Shown here in pieces: positions 52,128 to 62,472 of a stretch of DNA of 64,000 nt. The DNA lies in the IMG/VR virus record IMGVR_UViG_3300009026_000007, positions 1 through 64,000 of that record; one strand, given 5' to 3'. The number at the start of each line of letters is the position of its first letter. Position 1 is the first letter of the stretch. The stretch is from a virus. A program made the translations under genes and the position numbers. The notes below the pieces were generated by a model. That model was not told the DNA's origin. It saw only the letters and a list, made by a program, of their open reading frames with translations, and made no database searches.

Positions 52128-52550
52128 TTATGGAAACATATATTCAAATTCCTGAATTATAATTTTCTTACGTTTTACAAATTGATCAAAGATAGTGTCT
52201 TCTAGTTTTGGTGTACCCCAATCAAATTCATCTGGAACATTCAAAACAGAAATGATTTTATCTAAATCTGAAATCAAGACTTTCTCCTCTCCGTCTAATT
52301 CAATAAGATTATCAGCATTCACAAACACAATCTCATCTGCCCATGTGATAAGGGCTTCACTGATAGGGATGAGTGCAAAATCCTTACAGCTACCACACGC
52401 ACGAGTGTTTAGACCAAGGCGTTTATGGATTACATTGGCAGCAGTAGGTGAACGAAGAAGTCCCGCACTACAAACACACAGAATCTTCTTGGTGGTCCCT
52501 TGGAACTGGTTTCCAACGTTTACTAGCTGGTTTCTGTTAGCCTTGATCAT
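52128..52550 (-). CDS. Low-molecular-weight protein tyrosine phosphatase-like protein
   Basis: ILCVCSAGLLRSPTA (CX5R P-loop), WADEI, VPD. Confidence 0.8.
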   Translation of the reverse strand: MIKANRNQLVNVGNQFQGTTKKILCVCSAGLLRSPTAANVIHKRLGLNTRACGSCKDFALIPISEALITWADEIVFVNADNLIELDGEEKVLISDLDKIISVLNVPDEFDWGTPKLEDTIFDQFVKRKKIIIQEFEYMFP

Positions 52551-53572
52551 TTTCTTTCTCCTTTATTGATTCAATGTACTCTAATACATCTTGAGTCTGT
52601 TGTACGGCATAGGAAATAAGTTCATTTGGCTCAACACCACAAGCTTTAGATATGCGCTTGCAACGACGATCACATTTATCAAGATCACGTTTAAGGAATT
52701 CAAGTTCTTTTACCAACTTATCTTTAGTCATTAATCACCTTTATTTTCTTACGTTCATATTTTTTAGCTTTCCATTCTTTACAAACGTAATCACTAGAAC
52801 ATCTTAACTCTTTAGCTTCACAGAGGCCATCTTCAGGCCACTTAAACCAGAATTTACAACCGCCACAAGATTTATTCACTGAAGATCCTCCTAATTAATT
52901 TATAAATCCATAATAACAAAAAGAGCAACCAATCACAAGGACTGGCTGCTCTATAAATATCTATCAACTCTTATCTTGAAATAGGGTCTCGCTATTTTCC
53001 TCATAGTACTCTCTGATCATCTGATTAATATCTCTGTCAGACCAGTTCGTTCCTACAATAATCTTGACTGCATTTGTAGGGCTTCCAGATTGCCAATCAA
53101 ACATGTCAACCCAGCACCAATTGCCATTTGGGAATAAGAATACTCTGTCCATAAATACTCCTCACAGATATTTAGAGTAAAGCATGTATTCATAAGCCTT
53201 GTCTACAAAGTTTACAAGATTACTTGTAGTGCGAATATGTCCAGTTTTCTTGTTTAGTTGGATATTGACAATGTTTACAATCTTAGCAGCTTTAGCTTTA
53301 CGGATTTTGTAGTGGGTGAAGTCAAAGGGAGCTTTGAAGTCTTTACCATGCCAATCTGTGTAAGCACCATTGTGCAGAAGACAAGCAGTGTGCACAGAAA
53401 TACTCTTACGAGCTTTGTTCTCGTAGTCGTAGCTTACGAAATGTGGTGAACCGAACAGACGCCCTTCGTATTCATAATTAAGTCCACGCATGAATTCTAT
53501 CAAAGATTTGAACTGAAGCTTATATGTGTCAATGATTTCTTCTGGTAGAAGGATATTTTCTGTAGCTGTCAT
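52537..53572 (-). other. Hypothetical CDSs (52537-52731, 52964-53152, 53162-53572)
   Basis: ORFs with SD sequences. Confidence 0.6.
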
Positions 53573-53584
53573 TTAGTTTCTCCT

Positions 53585-53989
53585 TTAAATTTTAATTACT
53601 TCAACATTATTCGCACGAAGGTAGTCAAGACCCTCTGTGCTACGATATTCGTTACGATAGTAAACTTTGGTGATCCCTGCGTCAATAATATCAATTGAAC
53701 AAAACTTGCAACATCCATGCGTGCAGAATAGCACGCTTCCAATAGAACTTTCATTGCTTTTTACTAAGGCAAGTAGCGCATTCTTTTCACTGTGACGTGT
53801 CTCAGGTTTAGTATTACCACTCTCATCCTCAAGAGGACCACTAAGGAAAGCTGGCAGAGCATTATACCCTGTAGCAATAATGTTGTTATTCTTTACAATA
53901 ACACTACCAACCTTAAGCCTTTGTGCAGAAGAGGTTTCAGCAACAGCTTCTGCAATCCTCATATACATAAGCTGATGTTTTAGTTTCAT
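53585..53989 (-). CDS. dCMP deaminase
   Basis: KVG.VIVK.N.IIATGYN, HSEKNA, CTH.CC..C, I..AGI..VYY. Confidence 0.9.
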   Translation of the reverse strand: MKLKHQLMYMRIAEAVAETSSAQRLKVGSVIVKNNNIIATGYNALPAFLSGPLEDESGNTKPETRHSEKNALLALVKSNESSIGSVLFCTHGCCKFCSIDIIDAGITKVYYRNEYRSTEGLDYLRANNVEVIKI

Positions 53990-54396
53990 TAAATCTCCCC
54001 TTCCAAATAAACCCTTGCTGCAAATGTCACAAATCTTCTAGGTCCATCTTTGTAATCATACACCACCCCATCTTTAACACAAAGTGCATGACCCCTGACT
54101 AGGATGTAATATCTCCCTTTATTATGCTTCTCACAGAAGGCTTTAAGATTTATCCTCTCAGTAGTACCATATGGACCAACCTTAATCTTAGCTTTCTTGC
54201 AACTGTCTAAAGCCTTTTCAATATCTTTAAGCAGCATACCTCTACGGTTTATTCTACCATGTTTCTTCAACCAAGCATGCGCAGCTTCATAAGAACAATC
54301 GAAAGTATTAACCCAAGCTTTCACGGTACAGTCATTATGCTCTTTAAGAGATTTACTTTTACTTATAAGTTCCTCCGAGTATTTTATATGTTCCAT
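53989..54396 (-). CDS. Hypothetical protein (papain-like/C39 peptidase-like motif)
   Basis: NDCTVKA...Y...H...GHA..V.DG..YD. Confidence 0.55.
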   Translation of the reverse strand: MEHIKYSEELISKSKSLKEHNDCTVKAWVNTFDCSYEAAHAWLKKHGRINRRGMLLKDIEKALDSCKKAKIKVGPYGTTERINLKAFCEKHNKGRYYILVRGHALCVKDGVVYDYKDGPRRFVTFAARVYLEGEI

Positions 54397-54406
54397 TAAG
54401 TCTCTC

Positions 54407-54700
54407 CTAATTTGGTGCCTTTTGACCTTTTCGACAAGAAGTTCCCGTAGCTGATAGGCCGCCAGACTCAAGCTTCGACTTGCTTACAATATTCTTAGAT
54501 GTCTTCACAACATACCTACCAACACCAAATAGCTCATCACACTTATCTTGCGCTAACTTCCTATCACTTGTCTTATAGAAATAATAGTCTTGCATAGCAC
54601 TCATTGAAAAGAAACTTCCAGGCTCAACGAAGTCATATGACGTGTAGTCGGTGAATGAGACGATAACCACTTCGATATCTTTAGGTTTCTTTTCAGTCAC
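54407..54700 (-). CDS. Hypothetical protein
   Basis: ORF with GTG start and GAGGG SD. Confidence 0.6.
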   Translation of the reverse strand: MTEKKPKDIEVVIVSFTDYTSYDFVEPGSFFSMSAMQDYYFYKTSDRKLAQDKCDELFGVGRYVVKTSKNIVSKSKLESGGLSATGTSCRKGQKAPN

Positions 54701-55050
54701 TCTACTTCCCTCTTGCTAACTGAAATAAATGCAAAACCTTCTGTTAAATAACAATCTGAATCTTTAAACTCCTCAGCTTTTTCTTCTGTATTAAATACAC
54801 CTAGGATATCTGTACCACCTGAATCAAAACCTTGCACAATCCATACATAACTCATTGCCAATCCCCTTGAGCGTATTCCAAGTCTACTTCTTGATTCCAG
54901 AAAGGATCTACATCAAAATTGTGCTCATGTATACACAAAAAATCTTCGTAGTCATCACCAAGCTCATAAACCAAATCATTCAAATTCATTTTAGTCTCCT
55001 TTGTGTTAATCTGTCGCTATTGTAAGCCGACAGATTGTTTAAGTCAACAA

Positions 55051-55842
55051 CTATTTTACAATTACTTCGTCAGCATCGTCTACTTTGACTGGTTTTGGTT
55101 TAGATTTCCGGGCTAACTTCTTAGCAGCTTCGTCTTTTTGTTTGTCGTATGCAATTAGAGCTTTTGTCACAGCTTGTTCAACGATTTCATCAATTGTAGG
55201 CATGTCGTCAAAGCTTTCTTCTTCCTCAAGAGCAGCTAGGCGTTGATTCTGGGGGCAGTCAGATGATCCGCAATCACAAGGTTGTGACTTTTGGTACTCA
55301 TAGAAGTTTTCCATTCGCCGCTCAAGTTCTTTAGCGCCAAACCAGAACTCCTTGCCTTCATTACAGAGTTCTAACTCACGATCATCCAGTAGGCCACTAT
55401 AGGTTGAGATAATTTCCTCTTCCATTTGTTTCAAACCAAACTCAGTCTGACTCTTGATATCAGGATTTTTACCAATTGCACCCCACCATGCGCAATGTGC
55501 CATAAACTGAATGTGTGGTGCCCAACCATGCTGTTTACAAGCCAAAAAGATACCTGTTGCAGCGCTCATGCAGTCATACTCAATGAAACCTACAACATTC
55601 GCTTCTGATTCTTGAACTGCGTTTACGATCATCCGTTCCGATGCAACAGATCCACCTCTTGAATTTATACGGATCAAAATTTCGTCTTGTGAACCTGAGC
55701 TACGAAGGATATTGCACAAGTCTACATAGTTTTCTGGTTCGGTAATTGGACCTGTCAAATAGTAAGTATGCTGTGAGCCTCGAACCTCTGTTGTAAAGAT
55801 GTTCTTAGGTGAGAACATTGGGATAAAACTTTCTTCACTCAT
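55051..55842 (-). CDS. clpP: ClpP-like serine protease
   Basis: INSRGGSV, CMSAAT (catalytic Ser), FMAH (His), EFWF. Confidence 0.85.
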   Translation of the reverse strand: MSEESFIPMFSPKNIFTTEVRGSQHTYYLTGPITEPENYVDLCNILRSSGSQDEILIRINSRGGSVASERMIVNAVQESEANVVGFIEYDCMSAATGIFLACKQHGWAPHIQFMAHCAWWGAIGKNPDIKSQTEFGLKQMEEEIISTYSGLLDDRELELCNEGKEFWFGAKELERRMENFYEYQKSQPCDCGSSDCPQNQRLAALEEEESFDDMPTIDEIVEQAVTKALIAYDKQKDEAAKKLARKSKPKPVKVDDADEVIVK

Positions 55843-55843
55843 A

Positions 55844-56584
55844 TTATTTATTCTCCCGTTCTTTAGCTTTAACCATGGCTTTACAAAGGCCCGACCTAAC
55901 AATATCGTTACTGTCTGCTTTGATCACTTTAATATGTTTGGTGAGTTCAGGGTTATTTTCAACAAACCCCTCTAGCCAATCAATTGCATTCAATCCACGA
56001 ATATCGCTCTGGTTGGGGTCTCCGATGACTATGAGTTTTGAGCCAGTCTCCATTCGAGTAAGTAGTGTGTAAAGCTCATCTGGATGCAAGCTTTGTCCTT
56101 CATCGATAATCATCACCCCTTCAACACTACGACCACGGCTATATTCCGGGGCCAGAAGCTCAATTGAACCATTTGCAAGGCAGTTCTCGTAGTAACTTTT
56201 ACCGTAACGCTTCCACAGCACCTCCAGAAGAGGCATTAAGTACGGTTCAAACTTTTGCTGAAGTGTAGAAGGAAGCATACCAAGGCTACGACCCATAGGA
56301 ATTACAGCCCGAGTTAATGTAATCTTGTCATAAACACCTTTCTTCAACCAATCAGCAGCTTCACTCATGGTCAGATAGCTTTTACCTACGCCTGCGGGAG
56401 CTGAGAAGACAACAACATCAAACTCCTTAAGCGCGTTTAAGAACAACTTCTGTACATCTGTCTTTGCAGTTACTGGAACAGCAAGATAACTTTCATCTTG
56501 AAACTTACTCTTAATAACACGACCAACTTCTGATTTCTTTTCCCAGCGTTGTTGTACAGTTTGTTCCAAGCTGCGCTTAGCCAT
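55844..56584 (-). CDS. phoH: PhoH-family ATPase
   Basis: PAGVGKS, LGMLP, RGRS, IIDEGQ, LLTR, GDPNQSD, DIVRSGL. Confidence 0.93.
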   Translation of the reverse strand: MAKRSLEQTVQQRWEKKSEVGRVIKSKFQDESYLAVPVTAKTDVQKLFLNALKEFDVVVFSAPAGVGKSYLTMSEAADWLKKGVYDKITLTRAVIPMGRSLGMLPSTLQQKFEPYLMPLLEVLWKRYGKSYYENCLANGSIELLAPEYSRGRSVEGVMIIDEGQSLHPDELYTLLTRMETGSKLIVIGDPNQSDIRGLNAIDWLEGFVENNPELTKHIKVIKADSNDIVRSGLCKAMVKAKERENK

Positions 56585-56595
56585 AATTTAATTCC

Positions 56596-57270
56596 TTACA
56601 GTGATTTAGTTTCTACGCCGTTTGCATTTTCCAGCCTCAAATTCCAAACTCTTTTCATTAAAGCCTCAGCAACATCTGTACGAAAACACTCCTCCTGTGC
56701 GTATTTTGAGATATATTTTTCTAGCTCTCTAGTCCTTGCAAGCTGCCAAACAGCGTGTGCTTCTTTTTCAGTATGAAACTGACCTAAGAATTCTCTTTTA
56801 CCATTTAACAAATTAACATCAGAACGAAACTTTTTAGATTTTTCTTTCTTGACACGTTTGTCTATTTGTACACCAAAAGCAAGACCATTGTTGTTTCCAT
56901 TGTTCACAGAAAGACAAGTGTTTAACCATGCTGGCACAAATGCACAAGTGTTAGGTCCATACTGTTTGTTACCCTTCACCAATATATCCTTGTCTAAATG
57001 TAGACCTTTCCAGTTCTGTGTTTCCATCCAACCTTTGAAATTGGAAGCATATAGCCAAGACTCGTGAACACTAGAACCTAAATAGTTATTACCAGATTTT
57101 CGTGTGTAGTCTGGGTGGGTTCTTGTTAAAACATCTTTCCATCTATTGTAAAATGGACATAGCTTTTGCTTATTTTTGCCATTAACTTGTTCATAAATTC
57201 CTACTGGGTAAGGTAAATCATTTACTCCTACACCAGCAACCAATTTATTTGAACTTTTCTTCCCTCCCAA
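56596..57270 (-). CDS. Putative homing endonuclease (HNH-like, AP2-like C-terminus)
   Basis: LV.GVGVND...Y.RW...L.R...W...SNF..WM..Q...G.HLDKDIL..GNK.Y.P.TC.FVP..LN. Confidence 0.8.
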   Translation of the reverse strand: MGGKKSSNKLVAGVGVNDLPYPVGIYEQVNGKNKQKLCPFYNRWKDVLTRTHPDYTRKSGNNYLGSSVHESWLYASNFKGWMETQNWKGLHLDKDILVKGNKQYGPNTCAFVPAWLNTCLSVNNGNNNGLAFGVQIDKRVKKEKSKKFRSDVNLLNGKREFLGQFHTEKEAHAVWQLARTRELEKYISKYAQEECFRTDVAEALMKRVWNLRLENANGVETKSL

Positions 57271-57310
57271 GATACCACCTCACTACGTTAATTAATATTA
57301 CCAACCACTC

Positions 57311-59553
57311 CTACCCTACCACAAACACAATCTCACCACTTTCCTCTACACTATCCCACCAACTCTGCCTTTCCTTGTGTTTCTCAGTACACCTCATCTC
57401 GGTCTCAATCGTCGCAATAGCCTTCTCAAAAGAGACATCACCTTCCACTAGTATAGCAACAGTTGCAATTATATTCAAGAGATATTCTTTACCACCGCCA
57501 ACATAATACACTAAACCAGATTCTGATGTGTATACTCCGTTTGATAGGGTTCCTCGTACTGTGTCCATTATTTGTTCTCCTTGATCAACTCAAGAGACTT
57601 CTTAGCAGCTTTAAGAGATTCTTCAGCTTTCTTTACAGCTTCAGTAGCAGCAAGCTCTTCTTTGGTTGGGATTTTAACAACATCAAGCTTCACTAATCTG
57701 GTTTCCCAGTATACTCCCTCATAACCTTGAAAATATGTTTCACCTATAATATAATATTTACAGATTTTATCTGATGCTATCATTCCTTCATATACACCAT
57801 TACGACTAGGTAAACGTTCTTCTGTTTGTATCACATTGGTCAGTTGCTTTTGTGGCCTAAACATTTATCTCTCCTTAAAAGTCTTCAACAATCTGCTGAT
57901 AACTAGCAGCACTCTTCAACACAGATTCTAGCACTTTCCCTTGATAAGTCAAGCCATTGTGAATAATCACTAAGAATTCTTTTTCAAAAGGTACTTGCAA
58001 GCAATTACCTGTGTACTTAAGCTTCTTCAAAGGAAGCCCTTCAATATTCCCATACTTTGCATCAAAGGCTATGACACCCGATACGCTGCGGATATTACCT
58101 TCGTAGAAATAGAGAAATCCAGAGGTCGTTCTGAAGACAAGTGATGTACGCTCATCGTTGATGATGAGGCTGTCTAGTGTTTCTCGTTTAAGTTCTTTGA
58201 AATCTGTCACTCTTGTTCTCCGTGAAGTTCTGCATAATACTCATCTGCAAGAGAACAAACAACCTCTACATGAGTAAGTGGTTTAGTGCAAGCACCACCA
58301 GTCACATGTTCAAAGATACGTGGGACATTTTGAATGAGACGATGGAAGTCATGAAGCTCTTTCTTTATTTGGTCAAAGTCAATTATCCCATCCACCTCAA
58401 CTAAATCTTTCCAAAAGTCTTCATACGTTTGTTCGTAATCTTTAAGCATCTTACTTCTCCTCATGATTTGGTAGGACATTATCTCTATGGTATAAATTAT
58501 TCGCTTTCAAGACTGAGGATAGCACACGATTCTCTTCTGTCAAAGCTTTCTTTTCCTCTAATGTCTGTTTGACCAAATACTCCAATGCTTTGTGGTAAGG
58601 CATATTCAGGATATTTGGGCGCATAAGTAGTTCCTGAATCGTTCCCGAGAGGCGATCTGGATCAAGACCAACAAGGAAGCGTATCTCGTTTTCTTTCATG
58701 TGTTTTCCTCGGTAACTCTGGATTTATTCATACTTCCCTGCCATGTACACGAATGCACCCATCAATGAAACTCTGATACTCAGCCTGATCTACTGAAACA
58801 AGCTCTGCTTGAGAAACAGCATATTCAACATCACCACGAATATAGTCATTAAACCATTGAGTAAGGTGATGTTCATCATTAATGATTTTATGCTTAAGTT
58901 GTTCATGAGTTTGAGGCTCAGCGATGTCATCTTCATCCTGCCACTGAATAGCTGTATCTGCATAATCCTCAGCAATCCGTTCAGGAGACCACCGATAGGT
59001 GTGTCCGAAATTAGTCTTAACAATAAATTCTTTCATCAAACCCTCCAGCAGCTATTCATATTGTACGGTGGTACAAGGTAAATTTCAGCAAATGCGTTAG
59101 CAGACTCTCTTGTAGAGAACTCGGCTAGCTTCTCACGTTTATAGAATATTGCAAAGCGTTTCTTGCCATAGGGTTTTTCTATTAGCTTTAGTTTGGTCAT
59201 TTTGATACTTCCAGAAGATCTGTCAACCAAGATAGTTTAGATTCTTCTGTCTCTCCACACAAATCCATCCAAACGTTGACAATTTCTTCTGTTGTCATGT
59301 CACAGAAATCTTTTGGTGGGGAAATGATCAGAGTCTTGTCAGTCCAGTTAAGAATTCCACCCTCATAACAGTCTGGCCAATAAAACATCTTACCTTCACT
59401 ATAATCCGCGATACCGTGGCAGTGATAACCATCCATACTCAGATAAGTAAGTTTAGGATATTTCTGGTTTAGAATAAGGTATGCCATCCACTGTGGTTTG
59501 TCTTGATCAGGAAATAATGTTTGTTGTATAAGGTGCGTTGCCAGATTACTCAT
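57311..59553 (-). other. Run of small hypothetical CDSs (57311-57568, 57568-57864, 57875-58210, 58207-58479, 58451-58699, 58728-59039, 59036-59200, 59197-59553)
   Basis: Packed co-oriented ORFs with SD sequences. Confidence 0.6.
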
Positions 59554-59720
59554 TTTCTATATCTCCTTCTGTATTTGATATAAGAATCATAGCATAGTGA
59601 TCGATAGATTGCAAGGGTATTTTTGAGTAATTTATGTGTGGTTAGATTTTATTGGAATAGGTGGTTGACATGGGGATATTTTAGGAGTAGTCTTGTTGGT
59701 GTGGATTAAAGCTACTTAAT

Positions 59721-59989
59721 TTGTCCTATAGTATGGGACATTTGAGGTCATATGTATAGGACAAAAGGTCTCTTTATATAGAATGATTGAGATAGAAAGA
59801 AAATATAGATTTTAAAAGCTTTATAGGTCTTAACATCCTATACTTGACAAACAGAGAAGCGAAGCGTAAGATTGTAGTATTCAGCAAGCTTTTGATTTGA
59901 GAGTGCAGGGCTTTTGTTCTTTTATCATGCTTGGTGCAAGAACGAAGTGATAGAGAAAGAAACGAGTATGGGATCTTTTGTCCTATACT
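59721..59989 (+). repeat. Iteron-like repeats (CCTATA / TAT(A/G)GG, about 7 copies in inverted pairs), candidate replication origin
   Basis: Copies near 59725, 59732, 59755, 59822, 59837, 59967, 59982, with an AT-rich tract between and promoters at 59665 and 59844. Confidence 0.5.
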
Positions 59990-60018
59990 AATGAGATAAA
60001 TAACGTAGGAGATACAAA

Positions 60019-60144
60019 ATGAGTCTGATTATCCCTCGACCACTGCTTTCTTGGATTGATGAGAATCGTGGCGAGATGAGCCGACAATCCTTTATTCTGA
60101 AATGTATGTTCAAACTAAAGGAGATTCAAGACATGAATAAGTAA
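60019..60144 (+). CDS. Ribbon-helix-helix (CopG-like) DNA-binding protein, 41 aa
   Basis: Unlisted ORF MSLIIPRPLLSWIDENRGEMSRQSFILKCM... (beta strand, helix, SR..FI helix) with AGGAG SD. Confidence 0.55.
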   Translation: MSLIIPRPLLSWIDENRGEMSRQSFILKCMFKLKEIQDMNK

Positions 60145-60203
60145 AAGCAAAGCTTCATAAAAACTATAGATTTACAAGACTAAATAACTAAAGGTGTACA
60201 AAT

Positions 60204-60686
60204 GTGAACACAGATGAATTCTACAAGCTACCCAAGAGCCTAGCATTGGCAGATGGGTATATCAGCAAGAAGACAGGAGAAGCTGTAAAGCTGTCCGCAA
60301 GCAGTAAGATTATCTATGCTTACATGCTAAGTAAAAATGAGTTCTTTACTGAAACTCTGAAAGGTCAGCACTACGAAGCACAATCTACTATTGCTAAATG
60401 TTGTGGTGTGGAATACAAAGCAGCAGGAAAAATCCTAAGATCCTTTCTTGATCATAATATTATGGAAGGTAGAAAGTTGAGACCCGATTCTGGTCAATGG
60501 CGATGGTTTTATTACAAGGTGCATTCTGATTTAGTGTTGTGGGAAGGTAGTGTTGCAGACTTCAATATACTTGAGGAAGAAAAGCCTAAGTATTCGGAGA
60601 AAGTAGTGCCTAAAGCTACGCAAACAAATAAACCATATCACCATCAACCCATTGATGATTGGGATGATTCACAACTACCTTTTTAG
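60204..60686 (+). CDS. Winged-helix replication-initiator-like protein (DUF6945-like)
   Basis: FYKLPK.L...TGE...L....KIIYAYM......F.....YEAQ.TIA..CG; ends DDWDDSQLPF. Confidence 0.55.
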   Translation: MNTDEFYKLPKSLALADGYISKKTGEAVKLSASSKIIYAYMLSKNEFFTETLKGQHYEAQSTIAKCCGVEYKAAGKILRSFLDHNIMEGRKLRPDSGQWRWFYYKVHSDLVLWEGSVADFNILEEEKPKYSEKVVPKATQTNKPYHHQPIDDWDDSQLPF

Positions 60687-60694
60687 GATAAAAT

Positions 60695-61225
60695 ATGAAA
60701 TTTGTAGAGTATATGAAAATCAGAAATACCAACCCCAAGAAAAAGAATAGTCTTAGTACAGCCGAGGCAAACATTTTGGGAGTTGATATGAGTATCAGAG
60801 GCTGGATGACCAAAGATACCAATCTAACAGACGATCAGGTAGAGAGGGCAGTTGACTTCGCACTTAAGTCTAAATTTATGAGGCAAGGTGTTAAAGATAA
60901 CCTGCGTCCACTGTATATGAAACAACTTGACGGTATGGACTCACAGTGCGTGTATCTCATGGAAAATGAACTAGGTATGTTGAAAATTGGCATTAGTAAT
61001 AATCCAATAAAACGTGCAAGGTCACTAAGCACAGGCAGTGGATTATCTGTAAATCTGCTTTGTTATTGGCAGATAGCTAATCCGGCAAGAAGTACAGAGG
61101 CAAAACTTCATAGACTATTCAATCAATTCAAAGTAAGTGGTGAATGGTTTAAGAGGGATAGTTTCGACAAAGAAGACATTGAATCAAACTTTAATTTTTC
61201 TTTTATTAGAAAAGATTTTGATTGA
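60695..61225 (+). CDS. GIY-YIG (T5orf172/MUG113-like) endonuclease
   Basis: VYLM.....LKIGISNNP.KR...L.TG...E..LH..F......GEWF. Confidence 0.85.
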   Translation: MKFVEYMKIRNTNPKKKNSLSTAEANILGVDMSIRGWMTKDTNLTDDQVERAVDFALKSKFMRQGVKDNLRPLYMKQLDGMDSQCVYLMENELGMLKIGISNNPIKRARSLSTGSGLSVNLLCYWQIANPARSTEAKLHRLFNQFKVSGEWFKRDSFDKEDIESNFNFSFIRKDFD

Positions 61226-61472
61226 TGCTTGACAAATAGCATTTGAGTATGTTTTACTAACAACTTGAACTTAAACAACGGAGTCCACATTATGGGCGAG
61301 ATTTGCTTTTGCTCACAATGTGGGCGTATTAATAACTATTGTGTATGTGATATCATTGTTGAGTATTTGGAAGATAATGACCCCGACTTCAAATTTGAGT
61401 GGGCTCATGAGTCAACGACAGAATTGAAGTCAACATCATTTAGAATTATTTTACCAATCTATGAATAAATAC

Positions 61473-61501
61473 TTGACAAATAACTATTATTCATATAAAC
61501 T
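61473..61501 (+). promoter_or_regulatory. sigma70-type promoter of the ncRNA/tRNA locus
   Basis: TTGACA-17-TAAACT followed by ORF-free structured sequence. Confidence 0.7.
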
Positions 61502-61524
61502 AAAAGAACTGAATCAGAAAAGAT

Positions 61525-61885
61525 TTATGAGAAGTCAGATAGCCTTCCCCTCTTAGACATACGAGCTTTGAGATTCGTGAGGTTATCGAAAGGTCAGAAC
61601 ACCACTGACGGAAGCCACCGGTGTAGATGTATTTATACATACTATCTGGTCTGTCGCTGACACAGCCTCTCACTTAACACATTCAATCTTGACGAAGATT
61701 GTCTAATTCCCTTAAAGGGGCTTGAAGAATTCTGACGAGAGTTTAAAGTCTTCCCTTTGTGTGACGGGGAGCAATGAATTATGGGCTGCGCAACAGCCAT
61801 TAAAAACAAGTAACGGTAAGACCTTTTCAGCAAGTCTCCCTTTGTGGGGTTTGTTACATTGTCCCTGTTGCGACATCCGGCGACT
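61525..61885 (+). ncRNA. Putative structured RNA(s)
   Basis: Many nested stems: TGAGA/TCTCA, CAGATAG/CTATCTG, CTTCC/GGAAG, GTCAG/CTGAC, CAATCTT/AAGATTG, GGCTG-CGCAA-CAGCC, GTAAC/GTTAC. Confidence 0.45.
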
Positions 61886-61905
61886 TGACTAAAGAGGTCT
61901 TATTT

Positions 61906-62472
61906 ATGAAAATTGAGCTAAAAGAGCCTTATTCTTCTGATTGGAAACTTGGTTATTTGAGAATTTCTAGTTTAGATGGAAGAAAAAGATTAGATTTATT
62001 TAATTCAAGTACAGAAAGAACGACTACAGCTTTTGCTAGATATTTAATGTCAGTTAAAATTGGAAGGTATTTGACAGAAGATGAAGAAGCTGATCACATA
62101 GATAATGATGCAACAAATGATTCAATAGAAAATCTACAAGTACTTAGTGTAGAGGAACATAAAGCTAAGACTAAAAGATTCGTTGAGGGTCGAATATTTA
62201 AAACCTGTGTTTGTAGTTATTGTGGTATAGAATTTGAAAGGGAAGTCAGACAAATTAAGTCTGATAAAACCTTGTGTTCAAGGTCTTGTAATGCAAAATA
62301 CAACAGGGAGTTTGGGTCTTGGACCGGAAAGCTCAAAAAGCACACCCAAGAAGAAGTAGATAAAATAGTGGAGCTAAGAGCTTCGGGTTTATCAGACTAT
62401 AAAATATCCGATATAATTGGTATTCATAGGTCTAAAATACAAAGACTTCGTATTGAGCTTGGTATTAAATAG
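61906..62472 (+). CDS. HNH homing endonuclease with zinc finger and HTH
   Basis: ARYLMS..IGRYL...E.ADHIDND.TND.IENLQVL....H..KT; CSYCG...CSRSC; C-terminal HTH. Confidence 0.88.
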   Translation: MKIELKEPYSSDWKLGYLRISSLDGRKRLDLFNSSTERTTTAFARYLMSVKIGRYLTEDEEADHIDNDATNDSIENLQVLSVEEHKAKTKRFVEGRIFKTCVCSYCGIEFEREVRQIKSDKTLCSRSCNAKYNREFGSWTGKLKKHTQEEVDKIVELRASGLSDYKISDIIGIHRSKIQRLRIELGIK

